NCBI GenBank assembly: GCA_029260055.1
Contig: JAJDDX010000382.1
Coordinates: 2,562 to 66,561 of the forward strand
Source of the DNA: Phycisphaerae bacterium
GTDB lineage: Bacteria; Planctomycetota; Phycisphaerae; UBA1845
DNA: 64,000 nt
Reading direction: 5' to 3'
Both the position numbers and the translations under genes were made by a program. The notes beneath the pieces were generated by a model that was not told the origin of the DNA, searched no databases, and saw only the letters and a list, made by a program, of their open reading frames with translations. How positions within the stretch are numbered: the first letter of the stretch is position 1; every line of letters starts with the position of its first letter. Shown here in pieces: positions 45,826 through 56,297 of the stretch.

Positions 45826-46110
45826 ATGACCGACACTACCGTCGAGAACAAGACTGCGGCCTCGCGCGGGAAGCGTGCGGAACGCGTCGGCACGGTGGTT
45901 TCCGACAAGGGCGCGAAGACCATCAAGGTCAGGTACGACTTTACGGCGAAGCACCCTAAGTACGGCAAGTACATTCGGCGGTCTACCACCTTGTACGCCC
46001 ACGACGAGAAGAATGAAGCGAAGGCCGGCGACATCGTCGAGGTGGTCGCGTGCCGGCGGATGTCCAAGACTAAGTTCTGGCGTCTGGCACGGATTGTCCG
46101 GTCGGACTAA
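45826..46110 (+). CDS. rpsQ: 30S ribosomal protein S17
   Basis: RVGTVVSDKGAKTIKV...HPKYGKY...YAHDE...GDIVEV. ATG at 45826. Confidence 0.93.
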   Translation: MTDTTVENKTAASRGKRAERVGTVVSDKGAKTIKVRYDFTAKHPKYGKYIRRSTTLYAHDEKNEAKAGDIVEVVACRRMSKTKFWRLARIVRSD

Positions 46111-46162
46111 CGAGTTTGACGAGGCCGGCTCGGGTCGCCCTTGAAGCAGCGGGAATCGCACG

Positions 46163-46579
46163 ATGATTCAAAGACAGACGATGGTCGATGTCGCGGACAA
46201 CACGGGCGCTAAGGCCGCGATGGTGATCAACGTATACAAGGGCAGCACGGCCAGCCGCGGTAAGAAGCGTCTGAAGCGGGCGAAAGTCGGGGACATTGTC
46301 CTGGTGACCGTCAAGAAGTCGCTGCCTAACAGCGACTTTTCGGGCGGATCCGACCGGAAGGACCGCTCGAAGCGTCGCAAGGCGAAGGCCGTCGTGGTGC
46401 GTACTAAGTACCCGACGCGGCGCCGTGACGGGAGTTACGTGAGGTTCGATAGCAACGCGGTCGTTCTTCTCGATGACAAGAACGAGCCTCGCGGTACGCG
46501 GATTTTCGGCGCCGTGGCGAGAGAGCTTCGTGAAATGAATTTCATGAAGATCGTCTCGCTTGCGGAAGAGGTGGTCTGA
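46163..46579 (+). CDS. rplN: 50S ribosomal protein L14 (with an internal basic insertion)
   Basis: [17 protein letters not shown] start and C-terminal [12 protein letters not shown]. About 15 residues longer than the E. coli protein as I recall it. Confidence 0.95.
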   Translation: MIQRQTMVDVADNTGAKAAMVINVYKGSTASRGKKRLKRAKVGDIVLVTVKKSLPNSDFSGGSDRKDRSKRRKAKAVVVRTKYPTRRRDGSYVRFDSNAVVLLDDKNEPRGTRIFGAVARELREMNFMKIVSLAEEVV

Positions 46580-46648
46580 CCGCCCGGTGCGTCTTGGCGC
46601 TCGAAACGAGTGCGACGCGCGTTGTGCGGCCTGACGGCGAGACGAAAG

Positions 46649-47008
46649 ATGGCGAAACACATTCGCAGAAACGATACGGTGGAGGTGATCGCCGGCGATC
46701 ACCGTGGCGCGCGCGGCAAGGTGCTTCGTCTCGACTGGGACCGTGGCATGGTGGTCGTCGAGGGCGTCAACATGGTGTACCGGCACGTGCGTCCCACGCG
46801 GCGGAATCCGCAGGGCGGGCGCGTGCAGAAGGAAGCGCCGATTCATATATCGAACGTGCTTCCGTACGACCCGGGCAGCGGCAAGGGTGTCCGTGTCCAC
46901 TTTAGTGTAGACCTGGACGGCGACGGTAGGGTGGTGTCGAAGGAGCGGGTTAACGCCGCCGGCACGACGCTGCATGCGTTGACCAGAGCTGAGCGATCGA
47001 AGGACTAA
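46649..47008 (+). CDS. rplX: 50S ribosomal protein L24
   Basis: [29 protein letters not shown] motif. ATG at 46649. Confidence 0.93.
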   Translation: MAKHIRRNDTVEVIAGDHRGARGKVLRLDWDRGMVVVEGVNMVYRHVRPTRRNPQGGRVQKEAPIHISNVLPYDPGSGKGVRVHFSVDLDGDGRVVSKERVNAAGTTLHALTRAERSKD

Positions 47009-47046
47009 TCGCGGAGCGGGTAATGCGCATCGCGGAGTGACGGGAT

Positions 47047-47604
47047 ATGGCCAGGCTACAAGACCGATACCGAGACGAGATTCAGCCGCAGCTTCGAGAG
47101 GAGCTCGGCGGCTTGAACCCGATGGCGATTCCGCGCTTGAGCAAGGTTGTGCTGTCGATGGGAACGGGTTCGCCGACCGTCGACCGCAACCGGGGAGGGA
47201 TCGCCGCCGGTGACTTGGCGACGATCGCCGGGCAGAAGCCGGAGATGCGACGGGCGAAGAAAAGCGTCTCGAACTTCAAGACGCGCGACGGCTACGAAGT
47301 CGGGTGTCGGGTGACCCTTCGGGGACGCCGGATGTATGAGTTCGTGGACCGGCTGATCAACGCGGCGATTCCGCGTCTTCGCGACTTCCGCGGGCTGAAC
47401 CCCAAGAGCTTCGACGGGTCGGGGAACTATTCGATGGGCATTCCGGACCAATCGATCTTTCCCGAGATCGATCCCGCGAAAATGACGTACAACCAGGGAC
47501 TGAACGTGACGTTTGTCACCACGGCGGAAAGCGATGCGGACGGCTGGGCGCTGCTCACGAAGCTCGGCATGCCGTTTCGAAAGACAGAAGAGCGGGGCAA
47601 CTGA
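47047..47604 (+). CDS. rplE: 50S ribosomal protein L5
   Basis: Family similarity and operon position. 185 aa. Confidence 0.96.
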   Translation: MARLQDRYRDEIQPQLREELGGLNPMAIPRLSKVVLSMGTGSPTVDRNRGGIAAGDLATIAGQKPEMRRAKKSVSNFKTRDGYEVGCRVTLRGRRMYEFVDRLINAAIPRLRDFRGLNPKSFDGSGNYSMGIPDQSIFPEIDPAKMTYNQGLNVTFVTTAESDADGWALLTKLGMPFRKTEERGN

Positions 47605-47789
47605 TGGCGACGAAGGCGTGGATCAACAAGGCTGAGAAGGAACCGAAGTACCAGTGCCGTCACGTACGGCGCTGCAAGTTGTGCGGCAGGAGCCGCGCGG
47701 TGTACCGCAAGTTCCAGGTTTGCCGACTCTGTTTCCGAAGTTTGGCCCACGAGGGCATGATTCCCGGCGTTCGTAAGGCGAGTTGGTAG
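47604..47789 (+). CDS. rpsN: 30S ribosomal protein S14, zinc-binding short type (Z)
   Basis: 61 aa with CxxC...CxxC (CKLCGR...CRLCFR). The ATG overlaps the rplE stop by 1 nt. Confidence 0.93.
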   Translation: MATKAWINKAEKEPKYQCRHVRRCKLCGRSRAVYRKFQVCRLCFRSLAHEGMIPGVRKASW

Positions 47790-47842
47790 CGCGCTGAGTC
47801 AGTTCGGCGCACAAAGCGGGCTCGTACGGAAGGTTCATTGGA

Positions 47843-48238
47843 ATGTGGTCTGATCCGATCGCGGACATGTTAACGCGGATACGCAATGCCGCGGGCGTGC
47901 GGCGCAAACAGGTTGGGATTCCGTCTTCCAAGCTGAAAGTCGGTATTGCGCGCGTGCTGCGCGACGAGGGATACATCAACGGCTTTGATGTCGTCGAGGA
48001 CACCAGGCAGGGTGTGCTTCGAATCGACTTGAAGTACGGCGTGCGCGGTGAAGACGTGATCCATAAGATCGAACGCGTCTCTCGCGGCTCCAAGCGTGTG
48101 TACCGGAAGGTCGATGATATACCGCGCGTGCTGGACGGTTTGGGCATCGCCATTGTGTCGACGAGTCAGGGTGTGCTGAGCGATCGCGTGTGCCGAGAGA
48201 AGAATGTAGGCGGCGAGCTTATTTGTACGGTGTACTGA
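47843..48238 (+). CDS. rpsH: 30S ribosomal protein S8
   Basis: DPIADMLTRIRNA motif. 131 aa. Confidence 0.96.
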   Translation: MWSDPIADMLTRIRNAAGVRRKQVGIPSSKLKVGIARVLRDEGYINGFDVVEDTRQGVLRIDLKYGVRGEDVIHKIERVSRGSKRVYRKVDDIPRVLDGLGIAIVSTSQGVLSDRVCREKNVGGELICTVY

Positions 48239-48302
48239 TTCGGCATCGGCCCCGCCGAAGAGGCGGGACGCCGGCTGTCGCGATGGGTTTGGGAAGCGTC
48301 GA

Positions 48303-48899
48303 ATGTCACGAGTAGGGAAAAACCCGGTTCCGGTACCCTCGGGCGTCACGGTGAAGATCGTCCACCGCGAAGTCAGTGTCACCGGCCCCAAGGGAACCTT
48401 GGTCTGGTGTCACCCGGACACCGCGAAGGTCGTTCATGACGAGGCGGCCAAGGCCATCACGGTGGAGCGCCTCGGCGACCACAAACAGAGCCGAGCCAAT
48501 CACGGACTCACGCGTGCGTTGATCGCGAACATGGTCAAAGGTGTGACCGACGGGTTCGAACGCAAGCTGAAAGTGTTCGGCACCGGTTATAACTGCAAGC
48601 TTCAGGGGCGAACGCTGCACCTGAACGTGGGATTCATGGGGCGTCGGCGCGGCATCGGATCGCAGTTCGAGCTTCAGGTTCCCGAAGGTGTCGAGGTCGT
48701 GGTCGAGCGCGAGGCCGCTCGAGGCGACACGGAGCCGGCCGAACTCGTCGTGCGGGGTGTCGACAAGCAGAAGGTCGGCCAGTTTGCCGCCGAGATCAGG
48801 TCACTCCGGAAGAGTGAGCCCTACAAGGGTAAAGGTATTCGCTACGACGACGAAACGGTCAAGCGGAAGCAGGGCAAGGCTCTGACCAGCGGTGGGTAG
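48303..48899 (+). CDS. rplF: 50S ribosomal protein L6
   Basis: MSRVGKNPVPVPSGV start. 198 aa. Confidence 0.95.
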   Translation: MSRVGKNPVPVPSGVTVKIVHREVSVTGPKGTLVWCHPDTAKVVHDEAAKAITVERLGDHKQSRANHGLTRALIANMVKGVTDGFERKLKVFGTGYNCKLQGRTLHLNVGFMGRRRGIGSQFELQVPEGVEVVVEREAARGDTEPAELVVRGVDKQKVGQFAAEIRSLRKSEPYKGKGIRYDDETVKRKQGKALTSGG

Positions 48900-48948
48900 A
48901 AGACACGGCGTCAGCGCTTCGCGCGCTCGCGAAGGATAGATTGGTACG

Positions 48949-49317
48949 ATGGAAGCCTGTCGAATCAAAGTCAAAAGGCGACTGCGGCGGAAACGCGGCA
49001 TTCGCAAACACGTACGCGGTACCGCTCAGCGGCCTCGGTTGTCCGTGTTCAGAAGTGCCAAGCACATCTACGCCCAGATCATCGATGATGACCAGGGCGT
49101 GACGATTTGTGCGGCGAGCACGCGTGGGACGGATCTGGTCGGCGAGTGCAAGAACGGCGGTAACGTCGCGGCCGCGAAAATCGTGGGTGCGGCGCTCGCT
49201 GCGCAGGCCAAGGCCAAGAACGTGGAAGCAGTGTGCTTCGACCGGAACGGTTTCCGTTTCCACGGCCGAATCAAGGGATTGGCTGACGCCGCCCGCGAGG
49301 GTGGGTTGAAGTTCTAG
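48949..49317 (+). CDS. rplR: 50S ribosomal protein L18
   Basis: [20 protein letters not shown] motif. 122 aa. Confidence 0.95.
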   Translation: MEACRIKVKRRLRRKRGIRKHVRGTAQRPRLSVFRSAKHIYAQIIDDDQGVTICAASTRGTDLVGECKNGGNVAAAKIVGAALAAQAKAKNVEAVCFDRNGFRFHGRIKGLADAAREGGLKF

Positions 49318-49366
49318 TTGGATACGTCTGCGGCGTGGCCGCGGCGGTGATGCAAACGAGAGGCGA

Positions 49367-49870
49367 TTGATGGCTGCTCCAATACCTGCTGACACCGACG
49401 ATCAGGGCCTAAGTGACGTTGTCATTCGGATTTACCGTTGTGCTACGGTGGTTCGCGGTGGTCGGCGTTTCAGTTTCGGTAGTCTGGTCGTCGTGGGTGA
49501 CCGCAACGGTCAGGTCGGTATCGGATACGGCAAGGCGAAGGAAGTGCCCTCGTCGGTCGACAAAGGCAAGAAGATCGCCACACGCGCTATGACGAAGATC
49601 AAGCTCGCCGGTGGCACCCTCCCGCATCGCGTGGTGGGGCGGTACGGCGCGAGCAAGGTGGTCATGGTCCCGGCTTCGCCGGGTACCGGCGTGATCGCCG
49701 GCGGAAGCGTTCGGGCTGTGTTGGAACTTGCCGGCGTGAAGGACGTGCTCACGAAGAGCTACGGATCGAATACACCGAAGAACCTCGTGAGAGCGACGTT
49801 CGACGGATTGATGCAACTGGTCACTCGTGAGGAGATCGAACGCTTGCGCGGCGTCAAAATCGCGGGGTAG
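49367..49870 (+). CDS. rpsE: 30S ribosomal protein S5
   Basis: VVRGGRRFSF...GDRNGQVGIGYGKA motif. 167 aa. Confidence 0.96.
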   Translation: MMAAPIPADTDDQGLSDVVIRIYRCATVVRGGRRFSFGSLVVVGDRNGQVGIGYGKAKEVPSSVDKGKKIATRAMTKIKLAGGTLPHRVVGRYGASKVVMVPASPGTGVIAGGSVRAVLELAGVKDVLTKSYGSNTPKNLVRATFDGLMQLVTREEIERLRGVKIAG

Positions 49871-49879
49871 ATCGTGGCC

Positions 49880-50326
49880 ATGAATATTACAGAGATAACG
49901 AAACTCGCGGGACGGAACAAGCGTAGCAAGCGCGTCGGACGTGGACACGGCGGCGGCAACGGCAAGACCTGTGGCCGCGGCCACAAGGGGGCCGGCAGCC
50001 GCGCGGGCTCCAAGGGATTCTCGCTGAGTGAAGGCGGGCAGATGCCCACGTTCCGCCGACTTCCGAAGCGTGGCTTCAGCAACGCCAAGTTCACGACGCG
50101 TTACAGCGTGGTGAACATCGCTTCCCTGGAGACGCGATTCGACGCCGGCGCGCACGTGACGCCTCAGGCCCTGGAGGCGACCGGCCTGATCCGCAACCTG
50201 CGGTTGCCGGTCAAGATCCTGGGTAACGGCGAGATGACGAAGAAGCTGACGGTGGATGCGGCCAAGTTCAGCGAAACGGCTCGCAAGAAGATCGAGGCGG
50301 CCGGTGGTGAGGCCCGGGTCCGCTAG
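49880..50326 (+). CDS. rplO: 50S ribosomal protein L15
   Basis: RVGRGHGGGNGKTCGRGHKG motif. Follows rpsE directly, with no rpmD between them. The start could also be the GTG at 49874. Confidence 0.94.
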   Translation: MNITEITKLAGRNKRSKRVGRGHGGGNGKTCGRGHKGAGSRAGSKGFSLSEGGQMPTFRRLPKRGFSNAKFTTRYSVVNIASLETRFDAGAHVTPQALEATGLIRNLRLPVKILGNGEMTKKLTVDAAKFSETARKKIEAAGGEARVR

Positions 50327-50368
50327 ATGAGGCGTGCCCCGTGCCTAATGGGGCGGATTGAGTAGCCA

Positions 50369-51733
50369 ATGTTCTCGACCTTCATCAATATATTCAAGAT
50401 TCCGGAACTGAGGAACAAGATCCTCTTTACCCTCGGGATGCTGTGCATTTACAGGGTCGGCTTTTGCGTGCCGGTTCCCGGGATCGACCAGATCAAGATG
50501 ACCGCGAATATGGGCGGGTCCGGTCCGCTCGGCGATCTGGTCGAGTACTTCCAACTCTTTACGGGCGGAAACCTCAGCCAGAGCACGATCTTCGGCCTCG
50601 GCATCATGCCCTACATCACCGCATCGATTATCTTCCAGCTTCTAGTCACCGTGATCCCGTCTCTCGAGAAGCTCTCGCAGGAGGGTGACACGGGGCGCAG
50701 GAAGATCACCGAATACACTCGTTACGCGACGGTGTTGATCTGCCTGGTCAACGCCTTGTTCTGGATGAAGTATCTTTCGAGCCAGGGCTTCGTGTTCCCG
50801 CAATTCCAGGGCGACTTCTTCGGGCTGTCGTTCACGTACCTGATCATGTCGCTGCTCATGCTCACGACGGGAACCGTCTTTTTGATGTGGCTCGGTGAGC
50901 AGATCGACGAGTACGGCATCGGCAACGGGATATCGCTCATCATCATGGCCGGTATTGTCGTTGGCATGCCCAACGCCGTGGTGACGGTCTACTCGACCTT
51001 CAGCTTCAAAGGGGCGTCGACTTCGGGTGGGATGGATCCCACGAAGGTGATCCTCCTGCTCGCGATGTTCGTGTCCGTGGTCGCCGGGTCGATTCTGATC
51101 ACCCAGGGGCAGCGCCGGATTCCGATCCAGCAGGCGAAGCAGACGCGTGGTCGTCGGGTGTTCGGTGGTCAGCGTCATTACCTGCCGCTTCGGGTGAACC
51201 ATGGCGGTGTCATGCCGATCATCTTCGCGAGTTCGATGCTGATTTTCCCGGGTATGATCTTCGGTTGGCTCTATGGCATGTGGCCGAACTTCGTCTTGGG
51301 CTTCCTGTATGACTCGTTCCGTTCGGGCGAGTTCCTTTACGTACTCACGTACATCTTCGCGATCTATTTCTTCGCGTACTTCTGGACGACGGTCCAATTC
51401 CGCCCCAAGGAAATGGCCAACAACTTGCGTGATTACGGCAGCTTTATTCCCGGTCTTCGCCCGGGCAAGAGGACGGCCGACTACCTCGAGCGCGTCATGG
51501 GGCGCATCACCTACGTCGGCGCCGCTTTTCTAGCGTTGATTGCGATTATCCCGACACTGGTCAGCCAGTCGCTCGGGATTCCTTTTTCGGTGTCGGCGTT
51601 CCTTGGCGGTACCGGTTTGCTGATTGTGGTCAGCGTCCAACTCGATCTGGTTCAGCGGATCGAGGCGAACCTGATCATGAGGAATTACAAGGGCTTCCTC
51701 GGAAGCGAGGGGCCGATCAAGGGTTCGCGATAG
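50369..51733 (+). CDS. secY: Preprotein translocase subunit SecY
   Basis: 10-TM protein with the FTLGMLCIYRVG and GIMPYITASII motifs. 454 aa. Confidence 0.97.
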   Translation: MFSTFINIFKIPELRNKILFTLGMLCIYRVGFCVPVPGIDQIKMTANMGGSGPLGDLVEYFQLFTGGNLSQSTIFGLGIMPYITASIIFQLLVTVIPSLEKLSQEGDTGRRKITEYTRYATVLICLVNALFWMKYLSSQGFVFPQFQGDFFGLSFTYLIMSLLMLTTGTVFLMWLGEQIDEYGIGNGISLIIMAGIVVGMPNAVVTVYSTFSFKGASTSGGMDPTKVILLLAMFVSVVAGSILITQGQRRIPIQQAKQTRGRRVFGGQRHYLPLRVNHGGVMPIIFASSMLIFPGMIFGWLYGMWPNFVLGFLYDSFRSGEFLYVLTYIFAIYFFAYFWTTVQFRPKEMANNLRDYGSFIPGLRPGKRTADYLERVMGRITYVGAAFLALIAIIPTLVSQSLGIPFSVSAFLGGTGLLIVVSVQLDLVQRIEANLIMRNYKGFLGSEGPIKGSR

Positions 51734-51740
51734 GACCCCG

Positions 51741-52574
51741 ATGGGGCACCTTGTGCCCCGGCGGATGAAAGCACGGCGCGTGACGCGACAGCGTGGCATT
51801 ATTCTCAAGAGCACGCGCGAGATCGAGTTGATGCGCGGGGCAAGCCGCGTGGTGCATGCCGTGCTGAGCCGGATGAAGGAACTCGTCGCACCCGGTGTGA
51901 CGACGGCCGAATTGAACACGGAAGCCGAGCGGGTGATCGCCGAAGCCGGCGGCATCGCGCTTTTCAAGGGTGTCGAGAACCCGCAAGCGGAGTTTCCGTT
52001 TCCGGCTGCCCTGTGTACGAGCGTGAACGAGACGTTGGTCCATGGGCTACCGGACGATCGCAAGCTGCTCGAAGGCGACATCGTCAGCATCGATTGCGGC
52101 GTGCAGCTTTCGGGGTACTGCGGCGACTCGGCCACGACGATTGCGGTCGGCGAGGTCTCGGACGAGGTTCGGACGCTCATGAGCGTCACGCAGCGGGCCC
52201 TCGATCTCGCGATCGAGATGATGCGGCCCGGTCGGCTGTGGAGTGAGATTGCCGCTCCGATGCAGGAACTCGTGGAAGCCGAAGAGCTCTCGGTCGTGAG
52301 GGACTTCGTCGGTCACGGGATCGGCCGCGAGATGCACGAAGAGCCGAAAGTCCCGAATTACTGGGACGGCCGGCAGACATGGATGGATTTCGAGTTGTTG
52401 CCGGGGATGGTGCTCGCGATTGAGCCCATGGTTAACCTCGGCACGCGCCGCGTGGACTACGACGGGCCCGGACGATGGGGCGTCGTGACCAAAGACGGCA
52501 AGTACGCCGCTCACTACGAGCACACGATCGCCGTCGTTGACGGCGGCTGCGACGTGCTTACGGACGGCAGGTAG
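51741..52574 (+). CDS. map: Type I methionine aminopeptidase
   Basis: Pita-bread fold motifs (GDIVSIDCG, FVGHGIG, EPMV, EHT). The start is uncertain; an alternative ATG lies at 51765. Confidence 0.92.
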   Translation: MGHLVPRRMKARRVTRQRGIILKSTREIELMRGASRVVHAVLSRMKELVAPGVTTAELNTEAERVIAEAGGIALFKGVENPQAEFPFPAALCTSVNETLVHGLPDDRKLLEGDIVSIDCGVQLSGYCGDSATTIAVGEVSDEVRTLMSVTQRALDLAIEMMRPGRLWSEIAAPMQELVEAEELSVVRDFVGHGIGREMHEEPKVPNYWDGRQTWMDFELLPGMVLAIEPMVNLGTRRVDYDGPGRWGVVTKDGKYAAHYEHTIAVVDGGCDVLTDGR

Positions 52575-52625
52575 CTCGGCATTGGGCCAAAGCCGACGCC
52601 GGGCGAAGCTTTACGAGGTAGTCAG

Positions 52626-52739
52626 ATGAAGGTTAGAGCGAGCGTTCGGCGGATGTGCGAGAACTGCAAGGTTGTCCGTCGCAAGGGCGTAGTACGCGTG
52701 ATTTGCACGAACCCCCGACATAAGCAACGTCAGGGCTAA
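52626..52739 (+). CDS. rpmJ: 50S ribosomal protein L36
   Basis: 37-aa [40 protein letters not shown]. Too short for the ORF track. Confidence 0.9.
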   Translation: MKVRASVRRMCENCKVVRRKGVVRVICTNPRHKQRQG

Positions 52740-52750
52740 GGAGCTATTCG

Positions 52751-53134
52751 ATGCCACGTATTGCTGGTGTGGACATTCCGAACGACAAGCGCATCGAGTT
52801 CTCTCTACGCTATATTTTCGGCGTGGGCCCGAAGATCGCGATCGACGTGCTGAAGGAAGCGCAGATCGAGGTGGGCACGAAGGCGAAGGACCTGACGGAG
52901 GAGGAGGTCGCGCGCATCGCGGCCGTCATCGACCGGAACTATCAGGTCGAGGGTCAACTCCGTCGGATGGTCCAGTCGAACATTGCCAGGCTCAAGGACA
53001 TTCGGTGCTATCGCGGGATGCGGCATCGTGCCCATCTGCCGGTTCGCGGGCAGCGCACGCGGACGAACGCTCGGACGCGTAAGGGCCCGAAGAAGACCGT
53101 GGCCGGTAAGAAGGGCGTCAAGGAAGCGCGGTAA
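52751..53134 (+). CDS. rpsM: 30S ribosomal protein S13
   Basis: [14 protein letters not shown] start. 127 aa. Confidence 0.97.
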   Translation: MPRIAGVDIPNDKRIEFSLRYIFGVGPKIAIDVLKEAQIEVGTKAKDLTEEEVARIAAVIDRNYQVEGQLRRMVQSNIARLKDIRCYRGMRHRAHLPVRGQRTRTNARTRKGPKKTVAGKKGVKEAR

Positions 53135-53159
53135 CACTCAACCGTAACGGAGCTGCTAG

Positions 53160-53543
53160 GTGGCAAAACGAGGCGGAAAACGCAAGATCCGGCGCAATGT
53201 GGCCCGAGGGATCGCGCACATCAAGGCGAGTTTCAACAACACGCTGGTGACGATCACGGACATGAACGGCGACGTGCTATGCCGGGCGTCGGCGGGCACG
53301 GTGGGTTTCAAGGGCACGCGGAAGAGCACGCCCTTCGCCGCTCAGCGGGCGGTCGAGCAGGCCGCGTCGGCTGCGAAGAAAGTGGGGATGGTCGAAATCG
53401 AAGTGCGGGTCAAGGGTCCGGGCTCCGGTCGCGACTCGGCGATCACCGCTCTGCAAGCGGCGGGGCTGAGGATTCATTCGATCGAAGATGTCACTCCGTT
53501 GCCGCACAACGGATGTCGTCCCGCGAAGAAGCGGCGGGTGTAG
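53160..53543 (+). CDS. rpsK: 30S ribosomal protein S11
   Basis: [18 protein letters not shown] motif. GTG start. Confidence 0.96.
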   Translation: MAKRGGKRKIRRNVARGIAHIKASFNNTLVTITDMNGDVLCRASAGTVGFKGTRKSTPFAAQRAVEQAASAAKKVGMVEIEVRVKGPGSGRDSAITALQAAGLRIHSIEDVTPLPHNGCRPAKKRRV

Positions 53544-53617
53544 TGTTGGCCGCACGAGTTTAATCGGCGTTGCTTTGAAGCGTGACGCGCTTCGTTGGAT
53601 GAGATTGGAAAGGGATC

Positions 53618-54247
53618 ATGGGACGTTACATCGGACCTGCTTGTCGTCTTTGTCGTCGCGAGGGCATCAAACTGATGCTCAAGGGCGTACGTTGCGAGAC
53701 CGCGAAGTGCGCGATGGAGCGCCAGTGGCGGGCGCAGCCTCCGGGCATGCACTCGTGGCGACGCCGCAAGGCGAGCGACTACGGCATTCGCTTGCGCGAA
53801 AAACAGAAAGTCAAACGGTACTACGGCGTGCTCGAGCGTCAGTTCCTCATCTATTTCGGCATGGCGGAACGCTCGAAGGGCAACACCGGGGACACGCTGC
53901 TTAGCCTTCTCGAGCGGCGGCTGGATAACGTGGTCTGGAAACTCGGGTTCGCGCCGTCTCACCGGGGCGCCCGACAGACGATCACGCACGGGCACGTGTA
54001 CGTGAACGGTCGCAGGTTGAACCGGCCGAGCTACCTGATCAAGCAGGGCGATCGCGTCACGGTCAAGCCCTCGGAGCGTAGCCAGAAATTCATACGTGCA
54101 TCGGTCGGTGATCAGGGACCGTCGGTACAGCCCTGGTTACAGTTGGATGCGCAACGCCTCGAAGCGACGGTCGCGGCTCTGCCGACGCGCGAGGACGTTC
54201 AGATCCCGGTTGAAGAGCAGTTGATTATCGAGATGTGTAGCCGCTAG
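53618..54247 (+). CDS. rpsD: 30S ribosomal protein S4
   Basis: MGRYIGPACRLCRREG start. 209 aa. Confidence 0.96.
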   Translation: MGRYIGPACRLCRREGIKLMLKGVRCETAKCAMERQWRAQPPGMHSWRRRKASDYGIRLREKQKVKRYYGVLERQFLIYFGMAERSKGNTGDTLLSLLERRLDNVVWKLGFAPSHRGARQTITHGHVYVNGRRLNRPSYLIKQGDRVTVKPSERSQKFIRASVGDQGPSVQPWLQLDAQRLEATVAALPTREDVQIPVEEQLIIEMCSR

Positions 54248-54327
54248 GCACTGCGGATTTCGCGGTGCTAGTGGATTTCATACGCGGCTAGACGGATCCC
54301 GAACAACCCCGGTTGGAGATCAACCCG

Positions 54328-55464
54328 ATGCGCATCAGGTGGCGAGGATTGGAGTTGCCGGGCCGTGTCGTCCTGGACGAGGAAGCCAGCACCGACCGTT
54401 ATGGCCGGTTCACGGTGGAGCCGTTCGAGCAAGGATTCGGCACGACGATAGGGAACTCATTGCGGCGCGTGCTCCTTTCCAGTCTGGAAGGGGCTGCGGT
54501 GACCTCGGTCAAGATTGAGGGCGTGTCTCACGAGTTCGCCAGCATTGAGGGCGTGCTCGAAGATGTGACCGATATCTTTCTCAATATCAAAGGAATCGTA
54601 CTTCGAATTGATGCTGACGAGCCCACGACGACGATTTCGGTGAAGCGTGACAAGGCCGGCGAAATCAAGGCCGGTGATATTGTATGTGGTCCCCAGGTCA
54701 TGGTGATGGATCCGGACCACCACATTGCAACTTTGACGGCGGACATACCGTTCGAGTGCGAGATGACGGTCAAGACCGGGCGTGGTTACTCCACGGCGGC
54801 GGAGAACCGAAACCCGGAGCAGGAAATCGGCATTATTCCGATCGATTCCGTGTTCTCGCCGGTCCTTCGCGTCCGCTACCGCACCGAGTACATGCGGGTG
54901 GGGCAGCGCACGAACTACGATCGGTTGATCCTCGAAGTCTGGACGAACGGCACGGTGGAGCCGGAGGACGCGCTGGTCGAGGCCGGCATGATCCTGCGGA
55001 AGCACCTGAATCCGTTCGTGATGTACTACGAGTTGGGCAGTGAGAAAGCCGCGCCGATGCAGATGCCCGTTGATGACGGCGTGGGCGTGGACGCGGCGCT
55101 CGACGAACTCTTGAGCAAGCCGGTATCGATCCTGAATCTTTCGGTTCGTGCCAGCAACTGTCTCGAAGCCGCCAGAATCGTGGTGCTTCGGGAGCTGGTC
55201 ACGAGGACCGAGGCCGATCTTCTCCGTGTGCGAAGCTTCGGCAAGACCTCGCTCGATGAGGTCGAGGCGAAGCTGTCGGAGTTGAACCTGCGGCTCGGAA
55301 TGAGTGTGGATGAAATCGCCGGTCAAGCCAAGTCCAGCGATTTGATCGGCGACACGATGATGGGCGGCTCCGAAGGGGACGCCGCGTCGACGGACGAGCA
55401 GGGCGATGTGCCCCCCGTGACGAACGGTACCGGGCCGATGGAAGTCTACACGATGGGGGACTAG
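54328..55464 (+). CDS. rpoA: DNA-directed RNA polymerase subunit alpha
   Basis: NTD motifs (GNSLRRVLLSS) and CTD (LNLSVRASNCL). The ATG at 54328 lies 7 nt after GGAGAT. Confidence 0.96.
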   Translation: MRIRWRGLELPGRVVLDEEASTDRYGRFTVEPFEQGFGTTIGNSLRRVLLSSLEGAAVTSVKIEGVSHEFASIEGVLEDVTDIFLNIKGIVLRIDADEPTTTISVKRDKAGEIKAGDIVCGPQVMVMDPDHHIATLTADIPFECEMTVKTGRGYSTAAENRNPEQEIGIIPIDSVFSPVLRVRYRTEYMRVGQRTNYDRLILEVWTNGTVEPEDALVEAGMILRKHLNPFVMYYELGSEKAAPMQMPVDDGVGVDAALDELLSKPVSILNLSVRASNCLEAARIVVLRELVTRTEADLLRVRSFGKTSLDEVEAKLSELNLRLGMSVDEIAGQAKSSDLIGDTMMGGSEGDAASTDEQGDVPPVTNGTGPMEVYTMGD

Positions 55465-55508
55465 TGCGAAGCGCTGGGTGACCAGCGCGGCGACGAGCGA
55501 TCAAGGCC

Positions 55509-56210
55509 ATGAGACATCGTATACAACAAAAGAAGCTGAATCGGACGTCCGAGCACCGCAAGGCGCTGCATCGGAACCTGGCGCAGAGCATCATCGAGCA
55601 CGGCCGGGTGACGACCACGCTGGCCAAGGCTCGCGACATTCGTCCGTTTGTCGAACGCCTGATCACGCTCGCGGTCAAGACGCGCAAATGTGCCTCGTCC
55701 GACCCGGCTGCTTCCCTGCGCGCCAGACGTCAGATCAACCGGTTGCTCGGTGATCGTGGCATGATCTCGGCGGAGCACCGAGTGGCCTACGGTGACATGT
55801 CGGACGCCATGCGGGCCAAGACGATGCGCATGGCCAGCGGCCGGCGCCATCGCACCGGCGAGCCGCGGGGCCGGCTGGCATTCACCGCTGAAGCCGTCAC
55901 GCACCGTCTGATCGAGAAAGTCGCATCCGGCTACGAAGACCGTAGCGGCGGCTACACCCGTCTCATTCGCCTCGCGAAACGGCGCAAGGGCGACGATTCC
56001 GAGCTCGCGATGGTGCAGCTCATCGGGGACGAGGAAGTACCGACTTCGCTGACCAAGCCGAAGAAGTCCGCTCGCTCTCGCCGCGCCGACGCTCGCTACT
56101 CAGCCGCCATCAAAGCGGCCAAGGCACGCGGCAAGTCCGGGTCGGCGCCGAAGCCGGAAGCCACAGAGCAGGGCGATTCAGCCGAGCAGACGAAGAGCGA
56201 CGACGAATAG
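55509..56210 (+). CDS. rplQ: 50S ribosomal protein L17 (expanded, 233 aa)
   Basis: MRHRIQQKKLNRTSEHRKAL start and the GGYTRLIRL motif. Has an internal insertion and a long basic C-terminal tail. Confidence 0.93.
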   Translation: MRHRIQQKKLNRTSEHRKALHRNLAQSIIEHGRVTTTLAKARDIRPFVERLITLAVKTRKCASSDPAASLRARRQINRLLGDRGMISAEHRVAYGDMSDAMRAKTMRMASGRRHRTGEPRGRLAFTAEAVTHRLIEKVASGYEDRSGGYTRLIRLAKRRKGDDSELAMVQLIGDEEVPTSLTKPKKSARSRRADARYSAAIKAAKARGKSGSAPKPEATEQGDSAEQTKSDDE

Positions 56211-56297
56211 CACGTCGCGCCGCCGGTGCGTCGGGCGCATGATCTCGCCCGAAACCCGCACCGGCCGACACGTCAGTAAGTAGCTAGGAGGTGCGTG

